From the NCBI GenBank assembly GCA_964475205.1, contig CAYYVQ010000007.1, positions 1,604-65,603 on the forward strand: a DNA stretch of 64,000 nucleotides. The letters are read 5' to 3'. The position numbers were made by a program, and so were the translations under genes. This stretch comes from an uncultured Victivallales bacterium (GTDB taxonomy: Bacteria > Verrucomicrobiota > Kiritimatiellia > UBA8416 > CAYSRM01). Below are positions 47,163-58,293 of this stretch, piece after piece (the stretch's first letter is position 1; each line of letters starts with the position of its first letter). Below the pieces are notes generated by a model that saw nothing but the letters and a program-made list of their open reading frames with translations, was not told the DNA's origin and made no database searches.

Positions 47163-48122
47163 TCACGCCCTCGGGTGGGAATCGTCATACACTTTCTTGA
47201 GCCGTTCGACGGTAATATGCGTATAAATCTGTGTTGTCGATAAACTTGCGTGCCCAAGCAGTTCCTGAACGCTTCTAAGATCTGCGCCACGGTCCAGCAT
47301 ATGCGTGGCAAAAGAATGCCTCAGGACATGAGGCGACATCCTCGAATCCAGTTGGGAATGGGCAAGATACTTTTTCATGATTCTTTCGACCGATCGACTG
47401 GTGAGTTGTCCGCCTTTCAGGTTTCTGAAAACGGGCTGTGAATTTCCCGGCGAAGACCTTCCCCATATATCCTCGGTCTTAGCGGTCATTTTCTTTAAAG
47501 CCTCGTAAGCCGGCCTGCCTAATGGCGCCATGCGTTCTTTCTTCCCCTTTCCGCGAATCAGTACCACTTCTGACAAAAAATCTATATCAGCCATTTTCAT
47601 CCCGGCAAGCTCGCTCACCCGCGCCCCCGTGCTGTACAATGTTTCCAAAGCCGCGGCATCCCGCAAAAATAAGTACTCTTTTTCCGGTGATATGTCCCGT
47701 ACTGTCTTTTTCAGATTCAACATGACATCGATCGGAGCCTGCACCAGGCGTTCAACCTCTTCTACAGACAGGATATTCGGCAGATCAGATTTCTTTTTCG
47801 GCCCCCTTAATCCCGCAAAAGGATTCCCGGTTACATAGTTCTCGCGGACAAGAAATCTGTAAAATGCCCGCATGCTGGCCAGCTTTCTTCGCGTGGTAGC
47901 CGGTGAACATCCGTTTTTTTGAAACTCTACAAGAAATCTGCGCGCATCAAACTTATCAACATCCTGCCAGGAGTAGTTCCCGGCCAATCCGCCGGAATTC
48001 ATAAAAGCCTCAAACTGAAGCACGTCCTCAAGATAGGCTCCAACAGTATGTTCAGAAGCGTTTTTCTCGTTCTCAAGGTACTTTTTAAAAAACTCCAGAG
48101 GTTTTTGAGTCTCGCGTGCCAT
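47163..48122 (-). CDS. xerC: tyrosine recombinase XerC/XerD family
   Basis: Phage-integrase SAM-like N-domain. Catalytic R...HVLRHSFATH...LGHASLSTTQIYTH. Start taken at MARETQKPLEFF (ATG 48122), just after the topA stop. The longer ORF would overlap topA. Confidence 0.9.
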   Translation of the reverse strand: MARETQKPLEFFKKYLENEKNASEHTVGAYLEDVLQFEAFMNSGGLAGNYSWQDVDKFDARRFLVEFQKNGCSPATTRRKLASMRAFYRFLVRENYVTGNPFAGLRGPKKKSDLPNILSVEEVERLVQAPIDVMLNLKKTVRDISPEKEYLFLRDAAALETLYSTGARVSELAGMKMADIDFLSEVVLIRGKGKKERMAPLGRPAYEALKKMTAKTEDIWGRSSPGNSQPVFRNLKGGQLTSRSVERIMKKYLAHSQLDSRMSPHVLRHSFATHMLDRGADLRSVQELLGHASLSTTQIYTHITVERLKKVYDDSHPRA

Positions 48123-48135
48123 TGTATCCCGGCCA

Positions 48136-50616
48136 CTATGACGAAGCCCGGTCTTCATTTTGTTTCTCTGAACCAGAATCCGGTTTCTGCTGCTGTTGGC
48201 TGTAGCGTTTTGCCATTTTCTTAAGTGCAGCGCGCTGGCGCTCTGAAAGACCGCCCCGCTCTTTAAATTGTTTTTCCAGGGACTCGTAAAACTTTTTATC
48301 GTCAAACGTTCGCTTTCCGCGTTTAACCGGATCGCGCCACTCAGTAACGGAGGAAAGTTGCCTTATGAGTTCTTCCGACTCTTTCCTGGCAGCCAGGTCA
48401 GCTTCACTGATGCCAAAATCAACTTTAACTTGTTCGAAATTATCAATCTGGTCTGAATGTCCGATAACAGTTTTGTCCAGGGCGCCTTTCTGCGCGTTGG
48501 AGAGACCTCTTCCCGAATCTACACGTTCCTTCAATGAACCGATAAACTCCCGTGTTTTTTCGTCCATCCGCACTTTTTGCAGCAGTTCAAGTTTCCTGAT
48601 TGTCAGTGGATCAGGTTTGCTTTCAGCGGTTGCCTCAAGCTTCTCCCTGATGCCCTGCCGGTCAGCAATTTTGACTATGCCGGGAACCTGTTCACGATAC
48701 TTCCAGGCAATCTTCATAAGCGTTTCAAACTGCCTTTTTGAAATAGGCTTTTCCGCTTTTTCAAGCTGGGTCCGGATAGACTCAACGAATTTCCTGTCAT
48801 CGTAGACCCGCTTGCCGCTCTTTGACGGAGGAACCCATTCTTTTACCCCATCAAGCAGATTGAGCAGTTCTTTGACTGCACCTTCATCAGCCACGGGCAT
48901 CTTTACATGAGACAGCCATTCTTCAAACTTAGAGTAGAAATCATCCAGCATCTTATCCCACGCTATATTCCCCTCCTCAACGCGGTCCAGCGATTTCTCC
49001 ATGTCGGCAGTGAACCCCACGGCAAAAAGATCGTCAAGATTCGCGACAAGCAAGTCCGATACGCGTCGACCCAGTTCGGTGGGGGCGAGCGTTCTTTTTT
49101 GAAGAGTCGCATATTGACGATTATGAAGCGTGGATATGATCTGCGCATACGTGCTCGGACGCCCCACCCCGTTTCGTTCAAGCGCCCTGACCAGGGAAGC
49201 TTCCGAATAACGGTTAGGTGGCTGAGTCTCTTTCTTTTCACTTTTCAGTTCAATACATTCCAGCGGCTCTCCATCATTTAAATCCGGCAGAAACTCCTTT
49301 TTGTCTTCAGGCGTTCCCTCAATCGGTCCGCTGATTTTTAGAAACCCGGTAAATTTAACTCTCGACGCAGACGCATCGAAAAGATATTCCGGTTCCTGCT
49401 CGCTTGCCCGGACGGCTTCTACTGTTATCGTTCTCTTCTCAATAATCGCAGGCTTCATCTGGCTTGCCACGAATCTTGACCAGATCAACGTATACAGCTT
49501 AAGCATGGAAGCATCCAACAAACTTTTAAGCTGATCCGGGACTCGGGAAACATCGGTCGGACGTATTGCTTCATGAGCCTGCTGCGCAGAAGCGCGGCTT
49601 TTGTAACGGTTGGGCTTCTCAGGCAGATATTCCATGCCAAGATTCGAGGCAATATAATCCCTGCAATCGTTGACGGCGTCTTTGGAAACCGATAACGAGT
49701 CGGTGCGCATATAAGTTATGAGTCCAATGGGGCCCTGTCCAAGATCAATTCCTTCATATAGCTTCTGGGCAACGGTCATGGTGCGTTTTGGCGAGAAACC
49801 GTACCTTGACGAGGCGGTCTGCTGCAGCGTGCTGGTCATAAAAGGCGGGGGAGCCTTTCTTCTGCTGTCCTTTACTTCTATCTGTTGCACCCGCATTGAA
49901 CGCCTGGAAACCTCATCCTTGATACGGTTGGCGTCTTCTTTTGTCTTAATGTCCGGTTTCTTTCCGTCAATACGCGCCAGATGGACGGTAAAAGGGTCGA
50001 GAGGAACAACGAGTTTCCGGACTACCGCGTCAAGAAGCCAGTATTCCTGCGGCACAAAATCTTCGATCTGCTTCTCTCGTTCGCACAAGAGTCGCAAAGC
50101 CACGGACTGTACCCGCCCTGCGCTAAGCCCCCTTTGAATATGCCGCCACAGAATCGGGCTTACTTTGTATCCCACAATCCTGTCGAGTATCCGCCTTGCC
50201 TGCTGAGCATAAACACGGTTCATATCAATTTCGCCCGGATTCCTGAAAGCAGCCTTCACGGCAGCCGGCGTTATTTCATTGTACTGGACCCTGCGAAATT
50301 CAGGGCCTTTTCCGTTGCCGGACAAAACCTTTTTTAAATGCCATGCAATTGCTTCCCCTTCCCTGTCCGGGTCGGGCGCAAGATACACCGTCTGGCTGCT
50401 CTTAGCAGATTTCTTTAACTGCTGAACAGACTGCTTACGCCTGTTTACAACTACATACTCTGGTTCAAAACCATTCTTTATGTCCACACCCAGCCTCTGT
50501 TTAGGCAGATCACGAACATGTCCCATACATGATTTAACATCATACTCCTTGCCCAGGATTCGATTTATTGTCTTGGCTTTCGCCGGCGACTCCACAATTA
50601 CCAGATTCTTAGCCAT
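48136..50616 (-). CDS. topA: DNA topoisomerase I (type IA) with cysteine-free repeat-containing C-terminal region
   Basis: Toprim VIVESPAKAKTI, DPDREGEAIAW and active-site TYMRTDS. The last ~255 aa contain no Cys. Confidence 0.95.
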   Translation of the reverse strand: MAKNLVIVESPAKAKTINRILGKEYDVKSCMGHVRDLPKQRLGVDIKNGFEPEYVVVNRRKQSVQQLKKSAKSSQTVYLAPDPDREGEAIAWHLKKVLSGNGKGPEFRRVQYNEITPAAVKAAFRNPGEIDMNRVYAQQARRILDRIVGYKVSPILWRHIQRGLSAGRVQSVALRLLCEREKQIEDFVPQEYWLLDAVVRKLVVPLDPFTVHLARIDGKKPDIKTKEDANRIKDEVSRRSMRVQQIEVKDSRRKAPPPFMTSTLQQTASSRYGFSPKRTMTVAQKLYEGIDLGQGPIGLITYMRTDSLSVSKDAVNDCRDYIASNLGMEYLPEKPNRYKSRASAQQAHEAIRPTDVSRVPDQLKSLLDASMLKLYTLIWSRFVASQMKPAIIEKRTITVEAVRASEQEPEYLFDASASRVKFTGFLKISGPIEGTPEDKKEFLPDLNDGEPLECIELKSEKKETQPPNRYSEASLVRALERNGVGRPSTYAQIISTLHNRQYATLQKRTLAPTELGRRVSDLLVANLDDLFAVGFTADMEKSLDRVEEGNIAWDKMLDDFYSKFEEWLSHVKMPVADEGAVKELLNLLDGVKEWVPPSKSGKRVYDDRKFVESIRTQLEKAEKPISKRQFETLMKIAWKYREQVPGIVKIADRQGIREKLEATAESKPDPLTIRKLELLQKVRMDEKTREFIGSLKERVDSGRGLSNAQKGALDKTVIGHSDQIDNFEQVKVDFGISEADLAARKESEELIRQLSSVTEWRDPVKRGKRTFDDKKFYESLEKQFKERGGLSERQRAALKKMAKRYSQQQQKPDSGSEKQNEDRASS

Positions 50617-50635
50617 ATTTCCCTCGTGTTTTTTT

Positions 50636-51727
50636 CTATTGCCTTTTCTCGACTGTTCTGCCCGGCAGCATTCTGATCATCTTCTTCATTTCCAGGGAAA
50701 TAAGAAGCGAACTGACGGCCCCGGGATCAAGACTGGATTCCCTTATAAGCACATCAACTCCAACAGGCCCCGACTCCAGTAATCCGAGCAATAGTTTCTC
50801 TCTGTCATCAAGAACCGCTCGCGCAGTCGCCGGAAAGCAACCTGCATTGATTCCGAACAAATTGTCAAATTCATCAATAATGTCATCCGGTCTTGTTGCA
50901 ACGCCCGCGCCATCCTTTATTAACAGGTTTGTTCCCTCGGAGGCAGGCGAATCAACTCTGCCGGGCACGGCATAAACCGTCCGTCCCTGTTCAAGCGCTT
51001 GTGTTGCAGTGATCAAGGCCCCGCTCCTCCTCCCGGCTTCGATAACCAGCACGACCCTTGATAAACCGCTGACAATCCTGTTTCTCATTGGAAAGGTAGT
51101 CTTATCGGGCCTCTTGGCAAGTGGAAATTCTGAGATCACTGCGCCGGACTCGAGAATTTTTTCGCACAACCCGCGATTGCGAGTCGGATATATATTCATG
51201 AAACCGCTGCCCATCACCGCCAGCGTTCGACCCCTTGCTTTCAATGCGGCTTCGTGAGCGACAGTGTCAATTCCTTCCGCCAGTCCGCTTACAACAGTAA
51301 TCCCTGACTTGCACAACGTAAAGCTGAACCTTTCCGCTACTTCCCTGCCGTAGTGAGTAGGACGCCTGGTGCCGACTATGGCAACTGACTCAGCGTCCCT
51401 CGACTTGAATTCACCGCGCACGTACAACGCAAGAGGAGGGTCGTGAATATTGCGCAGAAAATCCGGATATTCGCTGTCAATGCGGGTAATAACGCGAATA
51501 TCAAGGCTTTCGGCTTTGTCAAGTTCTTCTTCAAATGCAACGTCTGAGCGCTGTCGGCAGATTGCTGCGACGGTACGCCGACCAATGCCGCAGACCTTTT
51601 CCATTTCCCCTTCTTTTGCGTTAAATATAGCGCAATATGATCCCAGTTCAGATGCCAGGGTATCGGCAGTCACCGGCCCTACCTGCTCCATCATGTTCAA
51701 GGAAATCAGCGCTTCTCGTTCATCCAT
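50636..51727 (-). CDS. dprA: DNA-processing protein DprA
   Basis: Rossmann-like core with VVSGLAEGIDTVAHEAAL, and a C-terminal winged-helix-like tail. Confidence 0.9.
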   Translation of the reverse strand: MDEREALISLNMMEQVGPVTADTLASELGSYCAIFNAKEGEMEKVCGIGRRTVAAICRQRSDVAFEEELDKAESLDIRVITRIDSEYPDFLRNIHDPPLALYVRGEFKSRDAESVAIVGTRRPTHYGREVAERFSFTLCKSGITVVSGLAEGIDTVAHEAALKARGRTLAVMGSGFMNIYPTRNRGLCEKILESGAVISEFPLAKRPDKTTFPMRNRIVSGLSRVVLVIEAGRRSGALITATQALEQGRTVYAVPGRVDSPASEGTNLLIKDGAGVATRPDDIIDEFDNLFGINAGCFPATARAVLDDREKLLLGLLESGPVGVDVLIRESSLDPGAVSSLLISLEMKKMIRMLPGRTVEKRQ

Positions 51728-51745
51728 ATCCGGAACTGCCTTTAA

Positions 51746-53119
51746 CTATATCGAAGGCGGCTTTGGCAGTCCTTCCATAGATGCAATAGAACGTTGCAGG
51801 TATTCTTCCGGCAATGGATACGCGTCAAGCTTTCCATCCAGGTAAGCCTGGTAACCTGTAAGATCCATCAGCCCATGCCCGGACCAGTTCATGAGAATTG
51901 TCTTTTCCTTTCCCTCCTCCTTGGCGCGGTTAGCCTCGCGAATAGCCATTGCAATAGCATGCGATGTTTCAGGAGCGGGAATAAAGCCCTCTTTGTGCGC
52001 AAACAACAGCGCCGAATCATAACACTCAGTCTGCGGCAACCCATGAGCTTCAACCTGACCGAGCCGTACCAGGTGGCTGACCAGCGGAGCCATACCGTGA
52101 TACCTCAACCCGCCCGCATGAATAGGGGGCGGAACGAATGTATGGCCCAGGCTGTGCATTGCCAGCAAAGGGGTCATCATCGCAACATCTCCGGAATCAT
52201 ATGAATAGGGCGCCCGAGTCAATGTAGGACAGGCCTCCGGCTCAGTCGCCACTATCCTCGTATCTTTGCCGCCGGCAAACTTGTCGCATATGAACGGAAA
52301 CGTTATTCCCGCAAAATTTGACCCACCGCCTGCGCAACCTATGACCACGTCCGGATACTCGCCAAGCTTCTCAAACTGCTTCTTCGCCTCAAGACCGATA
52401 ATGGTCTGATGCATCATAACATGATTCAACACGCTGCCCAGTGAATAACGCGTCTTTTCATCTTTTACAGCTTCTTCAATAGCTTCGCTTATTGCAATGC
52501 CAAGGCTGCCGGGAGTGTCCGGATCCTGCTCAAGAATCTTCCTGCCCGCCTCTGTCTGGTCACTGGGGCTTGCAACACATTCTGCGCCCCATGTCCTCAT
52601 CATGATCTTACGGAATGGCTTCTGGTCAAAGCTGATCCGAACCATGTATACCTTGCATTCCAGTCCCATCAGCTTGGAGCCCATCGCCAAAGCGCTTCCC
52701 CACTGTCCAGCGCCTGTTTCGGTGGTCAGCTTCTTTATACCGAACTCGCGATTGTAGTACGCCTGCGCAACTGCTGTGTTGGGTTTATGACTTCCGGGAG
52801 GCGAGACTCCCTCATTCTTATAATAGATTTTTGCAGGTGTGCCCAGATACTCTTCCAGTCTCCTTGCCCTGTACAGTGGAGAAGGACGCCATAGCTTCAG
52901 GACTCCCAGGATTTCCTCAGGTATATCGATCCATCTCTCTGTGCTCATCTCCTGCTCAATGAGATTCATCGGAAAAACCTGAGCAAGGTCGTCGGGACCT
53001 ATAGGATTGCCGTCCTTGCCCAGCGGCGGTGGAAGCGGCTTCGGGAGATCAGCCTGAATATTGTACCATTGCTTTGGCATCTCCTCATCGGACAACGTTA
53101 CTTTAATCTGTTTGCTCAT
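51746..53119 (-). CDS. TrpB-like PLP-dependent enzyme (TrpB2 class)
   Basis: [13 protein letters not shown]-terminus typical of TrpB2. PLP lysine context GSHKPNTA and [14 protein letters not shown] 53119 has AGGGGAGG upstream. Confidence 0.9.
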   Translation of the reverse strand: MSKQIKVTLSDEEMPKQWYNIQADLPKPLPPPLGKDGNPIGPDDLAQVFPMNLIEQEMSTERWIDIPEEILGVLKLWRPSPLYRARRLEEYLGTPAKIYYKNEGVSPPGSHKPNTAVAQAYYNREFGIKKLTTETGAGQWGSALAMGSKLMGLECKVYMVRISFDQKPFRKIMMRTWGAECVASPSDQTEAGRKILEQDPDTPGSLGIAISEAIEEAVKDEKTRYSLGSVLNHVMMHQTIIGLEAKKQFEKLGEYPDVVIGCAGGGSNFAGITFPFICDKFAGGKDTRIVATEPEACPTLTRAPYSYDSGDVAMMTPLLAMHSLGHTFVPPPIHAGGLRYHGMAPLVSHLVRLGQVEAHGLPQTECYDSALLFAHKEGFIPAPETSHAIAMAIREANRAKEEGKEKTILMNWSGHGLMDLTGYQAYLDGKLDAYPLPEEYLQRSIASMEGLPKPPSI

Positions 53120-53275
53120 AAATGAATTCCTCCCCTGATCAAACACAAAAAAAACAAGTAGAGAATAGAGCATAATCCCGCGCAACCGTCAACAATGTAA
53201 CAACAACCTGCTTTTTAGTTGCAATTCAAACCTTCTCTTATATTGTTAAGGGCTACTAACACAAGGAGATTATCA

Positions 53276-55126
53276 ATGCTGCAGACGTTGCACTGGGAAC
53301 CGAAAGATACCTCCGAAGAACTACACAGTATTCTGGAAACACTCGGCAAGAATTATCCTCTCAACAGCACAGACTCAACCGATGCCATTAGACTTGCGTT
53401 CGACAAACAAAACGGTTCCAAAGCCCTGGTTATAAGAAAGACAAATGATGTGGCAGAAATTCATTATTCTGCACCCAACCACGCTGCACGCGCAATCGGC
53501 GCTCTTCTGGCAGGCTTGCCCGAAAGTGGCGACGAGTTGAGTGAGGAAGATAACTTTGATGTGCTTGGAATTATGCTCGATTGCTCACGAAATGCGGTAA
53601 TGTCCGTTCAACATTTCAAAAAATGGCTGCGCAACCTCGCGCTGCTGGGCTTCAATACCGCCATGCTTTACACCGAAGACACATATGTTCTGCCCGGTGA
53701 AACTCTCTTTGGTCATATGCGGGGAGCCTATACGGAAGAAGAGCTTCGCGACATTGATGCATACGCGGCGAAACTGGGCATCGAAATGATCGGCTGCATT
53801 CAGACTCTCGGACACATGGAACAGGTGCTCAAATGGCCTTCTTACAAGGAAACGAAAGACACCGGCAGCGTACTTCTGTGCGGCAGCGAGAAAACCTATG
53901 AACTCATAGAGAGGATGGTCAGCCACTTTAAAAAGGTCTTCCGGAGCAACCGCATTCACATCGGAATGGACGAAGCCTGGGACCTCGGAAGAGGTAATTT
54001 TCTCGACATAAACGGATACCAGCGCAATTTTGACATTTTCAACAATCATCTCAAAAAAGTAGTTGAAATCGTAAACAAACACGAACTGCAGCCAATGATC
54101 TGGTCGGACATGTATTTTCGCATGGGAAGCGAATCAAACAACTACTACGATGAGAATTGCAACATACCGGACGAAATCAGCAAAGATATTCCCGAAGAAG
54201 TAAGCTTTGTCTACTGGGATTACTACCACGAGGAAAAAGACTTCTACTCAGAATGGATCCGTCGGCATAAGGAACTGGGAAAGATGCCTGTAATGGCCTC
54301 AGGTGTCTGGACGTGGGCCGGTCCATGGTACTGGCACCTGAAAACAACAAAAACTGCGCTCCCCTGCATCGAAAGCTGCGAAAAATCAGGAGTCCGCGAA
54401 CTTATCTTCACTATGTGGGGCGATGACGGAGGATACTGCGACTTTGATTCGGCAACCGCAGGTCTGGCCATGACAGCCGAGCGCGCGTTTAACTCGTCAA
54501 TCAACGAATCGGTTCTGAAAAAAAGGTTCAATCGTCTGTTCAACAGCGATTTCGACACCATTACGCTGGCCTCAGAGATGAACAACGGCTTGAATCCTGC
54601 TGCCATTATATGGGACGATCCCATGCTCGGACTTTATCTGGATACCATAGACAACGATAGTCTGGAACAGGCGATAGAAACTTTTACAGAACTCAACGGG
54701 AAACTTGCTGATCGGGACATTCCCGATGGCGCAGGCTCCATTTCTCACGCATTCTTTCTGACGCGCTCGATTCTGGAAAAAATCACACTGCAGCAGGCCA
54801 TGCTCGAAGCATACCGAAACAAAGACAAAGAAAAGCTCAAAGAGTTGGCGGCTCATATTTTCCAGATGGAGGAGCATATGGCCGAACTCGAAGAGTCATT
54901 TCGCCGGCAATGGATGAAGCGAAACAAGCCGTTTGGATTTGAGTCACTCCAGATAAGACTCTCGGGCTGCAAAATCCGTCTTCACGAAACCGCGCGCCGC
55001 ATAAACGAATACATCGATGGCAAAAACAATGCTATACCAGAACTTGACGAACGTCTCAGTAAAGACATCAGCAAGATCCGGGGTAAAAGATACTACCAGC
55101 TTGCTACGGCCTCATCTATACTGTAA
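53276..55126 (+). CDS. GH20-like beta-N-acetylhexosaminidase (no signal peptide)
   Basis: TIM-barrel region LGIMLDCSRN...FNTAMLYTED...IHIGMDEAWDLG (D-E catalytic pair context). ATG 53276 has AAGGAG ~7 nt upstream. Confidence 0.7.
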   Translation: MLQTLHWEPKDTSEELHSILETLGKNYPLNSTDSTDAIRLAFDKQNGSKALVIRKTNDVAEIHYSAPNHAARAIGALLAGLPESGDELSEEDNFDVLGIMLDCSRNAVMSVQHFKKWLRNLALLGFNTAMLYTEDTYVLPGETLFGHMRGAYTEEELRDIDAYAAKLGIEMIGCIQTLGHMEQVLKWPSYKETKDTGSVLLCGSEKTYELIERMVSHFKKVFRSNRIHIGMDEAWDLGRGNFLDINGYQRNFDIFNNHLKKVVEIVNKHELQPMIWSDMYFRMGSESNNYYDENCNIPDEISKDIPEEVSFVYWDYYHEEKDFYSEWIRRHKELGKMPVMASGVWTWAGPWYWHLKTTKTALPCIESCEKSGVRELIFTMWGDDGGYCDFDSATAGLAMTAERAFNSSINESVLKKRFNRLFNSDFDTITLASEMNNGLNPAAIIWDDPMLGLYLDTIDNDSLEQAIETFTELNGKLADRDIPDGAGSISHAFFLTRSILEKITLQQAMLEAYRNKDKEKLKELAAHIFQMEEHMAELEESFRRQWMKRNKPFGFESLQIRLSGCKIRLHETARRINEYIDGKNNAIPELDERLSKDISKIRGKRYYQLATASSIL

Positions 55127-55129
55127 AGC

Positions 55130-58100
55130 TTATTGCCTTGAAAATTTAAAGGTTCGGATCTGAAACGGCTTGAGGTTGAAACTGATCTTTCCATCGCGGA
55201 AAGACACCTTTTTTTCAGGATGCTCCATCAGATCAACCTCTTGAACCTTTCTGAAAGGCAGACTCGTCCTCAGAACCCTCCTGCCCCGGCATCCATGCGC
55301 CTCGTACAGCCTGACTATGACTGCATTATCATCCTCAGCCTTTTTTACAGCGTCAATAACCACATTGTTACCCGTCACTTCAAACCACGAATCGCGCGGC
55401 GGCTTCTTTCCTCTAGATGACAGGACGTGTAACGCCTGCAGTGGTGAATTCAGGCCGTGCCCGGCCTGCAAGACTCCATTGGTGTAGTCGCCCTGATGCG
55501 GATAAATAGAATATGTAAAGCGATGTGTTTTGTTTACATCAGCTTGAGTATCGGGATTCTTTGGAGATCTCAATAGAGAAAGACTCATAACGCCGTCATG
55601 AATATCATGTCCATACTTGCAGTCATTAAGCAACGCGACGCCGTAATCAGCCTCGGATAGATCAGCCCAACGTTGTGCGGCAACCTCGAACTGAGCCAGA
55701 TCGAAAACAGTGTTTGAATGAGTAGGCCGCTCCAGGTTCCCGTACTGAACCTCGTATCTGGCTTTGTCTGATCGAATTTCCACTGGAAATGCCGTCTTGA
55801 GAAGTACGTCCTTTTCATCACCCCAGTGCACGGTTGTCTCAAAATCAAGTTGTCTACTTCCTGCATACAGAATGATATCCTGGCTGACAGTAGAGTGGCT
55901 GATCTCACGTTTCACACGCAGAACAGCCCGGACTGGTCCGTTTTCAATCGGTTCAACCGAAATAAGCGCGCCATCACTCTCCAGCGGTTTTTCCTTATAA
56001 AAAACATCAATATCCCATGCGTCCCAATGTGCCGGTTTGTCCTCGAAAAGAACAAACATGTTACCGGTCTTCCGTTTGGGAAGAATTTCCCTGTCAGCAA
56101 CCTTGTCCCTTATCGAAACTATTCTTGCCCTTTTATCCAAGCTCACGCACAAGGAATCATTCTCCAGTTTCTGCTTTTTGACCGTAAGCCGGTTCTCGAC
56201 AAAATTGCCCCCCTCGCGCACATGACAGAGAGTATACCCCATAGACGGAACCTTTGCCTTGAAGCGCAGCATACCGTCATTGCACAACTGCGCTTGCCGA
56301 ACCGAACCGTCAGGAAACTCCGCCGAATAGTCCCTGTCGCGTCTCAGGTCCCGAATTTTTACACTCACCACGTCCTCACGCTCCCAGCCAAGTGTATTGC
56401 AAACAAAAACAGCCCGCCCATCACCCTTCGAATCGACGCCGCGCGCAAATTTGACAATAGCTTCACTATGTATTTTTTCAGTTTCAGACAAAATGCGCTC
56501 GTAATCAGAATCAGAGTCCTCGTAAACTTCACGTATTGAACTGCCCGGTATAATGTCATGAAATTGATTAAGGAGCAGAGTCTTCCAGGCGGCATTAAGC
56601 CTCTTAGCCGGATAGGATTCACCCGCAACACAGTTCACCGAAGATATCAGCTCTGTATCTCGCAGCAGAAGTTCCGACTTTCTGTTGTTTTTTTTGTTGG
56701 CCGCCTGGGTTGTCAACGTGCCTCTGTGAAGTTCCAGGTAAAGCTCTCCTACCCATTTTTTAAAGGAATCCGACTCCTTCTCAAGCGTTCGGAAAAAATC
56801 GTTTGGCGCCATTGGTCGCGCCTTCGGCAGACCTTCGATGTCGCCATAACGTTTCAGCCGCTCCATCATCTCCATTGTAGGCCCGCCGCCGCCATCTCCG
56901 TGACCAAGCGGGAGCAATTGAATACTGCTCCGGTCCTTTTCCATGTACCGACTTTCGGCATTCTTGAGCTCTTCCGCTGAAAGACAGCCGTTATAGGTGT
57001 CAACCGGCGGAAAATGAGTCAGAACCCTGCTGCCGTCAATCCCCTCCCACCAGAAACTGTGATACGGGAACCGGGTAAACTGATTCCATGACATCTTCTG
57101 GGTCATAAAATAATCAATCCCGCTTCGCTTCAGAATCTGGGGCAAGGCCGCCGAATAGCCGAAAACATCAGGAAGCCACAGGCAACGGCACCGATGCCCG
57201 AACTCTTTCTCGAAAAAACGCGTTCCAAAAAGCAGCTGGCGCACCATGCTCTCACCCGAAATCAGATTGCAGTCGGCTTCCACCCACATGCCGCCAACGG
57301 GAACCCACCTTCCGGCCTTTACCTGCCTGCAGATTCTGGAATATAAATCCGGATACTTCTTTTTAGTGTATTCATAAAGCTGTGGCTGACTCTGGCAGAA
57401 TATGAAATCCGGATATCGATCCATATAAGCAAGAACATTGGAGAAGGTTCGCCCGCATTTTCTGACCGTTTCTCGAAGCGGCCATTTCCAGGCCACATCA
57501 ATATGAGCATGACCCACGCAGGCAACCGTCTGAGCCGAAGCATTCGCGGGACGGGAAAGTAGCCCCGCAACACCCCTTCTCACCTTTCTCGCAGATGCAG
57601 CCAGAGCCCTGTCATCACTGGCCGAATAATCAAACAGATCAACAGCCTTGTTCATCTCAAACCTGATACGCGCCGCCCTTGTGTCATTCTGATCAAGAAC
57701 CTCAAGAAGTTCCAGCAACGCCTTGAGATCATGGTAGCAGTCCCAGACATCCCTGTTTACTGCCGCAAGCTCAGGAACTCCCGCGGTGCGCCCTCTGAAA
57801 TTTCCAAAAGGCCCGTTTGCCCCGGCTTCAATAAACAGTTCCAGCTTTTCACCTGCTCTGGCCTTCCTGATGATGGGCTGCTCCCTATGATGACGATCGA
57901 GTGAGCCGAGCATATTTGATCCGTCAAAAATAATGCATTCTCCACCATTGTCAAAAATCAGGAAAAGCTCCTTTCCGTCAAATTCATCGGGAACAACAAT
58001 CCGCAGCCTGAACCAACCGGTCCCCCAGATCCTGCCCCATCTTCGACCGGGCCTGACCGTCCGGAATTTCAGCCCTCGGGCCTGCTCAGGCGTCAAATGA

Positions 58101-58234
58101 TCCATAGTTTCAGCCAGCGCAATATCCGTAATAGAAACTTTCGATCTTGAAATATTTTTGCCTATTTCCTCCACTCTCTTCCGCAACTTTTTCAAATAAA
58201 GAAAATCCACCCGTCCAATGTCTTCCCTGGACAT
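55130..58234 (-). CDS. GH38 alpha-mannosidase (no signal peptide)
   Basis: VGHAHIDVAWKWP metal-site motif; the length and domain order are typical of cytosolic bacterial GH38 enzymes. Confidence 0.9.
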   Translation of the reverse strand: MSREDIGRVDFLYLKKLRKRVEEIGKNISRSKVSITDIALAETMDHLTPEQARGLKFRTVRPGRRWGRIWGTGWFRLRIVVPDEFDGKELFLIFDNGGECIIFDGSNMLGSLDRHHREQPIIRKARAGEKLELFIEAGANGPFGNFRGRTAGVPELAAVNRDVWDCYHDLKALLELLEVLDQNDTRAARIRFEMNKAVDLFDYSASDDRALAASARKVRRGVAGLLSRPANASAQTVACVGHAHIDVAWKWPLRETVRKCGRTFSNVLAYMDRYPDFIFCQSQPQLYEYTKKKYPDLYSRICRQVKAGRWVPVGGMWVEADCNLISGESMVRQLLFGTRFFEKEFGHRCRCLWLPDVFGYSAALPQILKRSGIDYFMTQKMSWNQFTRFPYHSFWWEGIDGSRVLTHFPPVDTYNGCLSAEELKNAESRYMEKDRSSIQLLPLGHGDGGGGPTMEMMERLKRYGDIEGLPKARPMAPNDFFRTLEKESDSFKKWVGELYLELHRGTLTTQAANKKNNRKSELLLRDTELISSVNCVAGESYPAKRLNAAWKTLLLNQFHDIIPGSSIREVYEDSDSDYERILSETEKIHSEAIVKFARGVDSKGDGRAVFVCNTLGWEREDVVSVKIRDLRRDRDYSAEFPDGSVRQAQLCNDGMLRFKAKVPSMGYTLCHVREGGNFVENRLTVKKQKLENDSLCVSLDKRARIVSIRDKVADREILPKRKTGNMFVLFEDKPAHWDAWDIDVFYKEKPLESDGALISVEPIENGPVRAVLRVKREISHSTVSQDIILYAGSRQLDFETTVHWGDEKDVLLKTAFPVEIRSDKARYEVQYGNLERPTHSNTVFDLAQFEVAAQRWADLSEADYGVALLNDCKYGHDIHDGVMSLSLLRSPKNPDTQADVNKTHRFTYSIYPHQGDYTNGVLQAGHGLNSPLQALHVLSSRGKKPPRDSWFEVTGNNVVIDAVKKAEDDNAVIVRLYEAHGCRGRRVLRTSLPFRKVQEVDLMEHPEKKVSFRDGKISFNLKPFQIRTFKFSRQ

Positions 58235-58293
58235 CCATTAATCTCCTTGTCAAAAACTTTCGCCCCGCTCCTTAACCTGATACTTGTTCCCGA

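Noticed and set aside
46901-48122. A tyrosine recombinase next to an inverted-repeat element, considered as the boundary of an integrated mobile element.
   Set aside because: The recombinase is XerC/D-like and sits in the conserved dprA-topA-xerC housekeeping arrangement. The flanking genes (waaA, topA) are core functions, and there is no att-like duplication or cargo.
47163-48305. N-terminal extensions of longest ORFs: xerC to 48305, porin to 7454, trpB2 to 53185, comM to 5402, cysS to 28096, URO-D to 14042, lipoprotein to 44173.
   Set aside because: The extensions overlap upstream genes or repeat elements. Conserved N-termini preceded by Shine-Dalgarno sequences begin at the internal starts.
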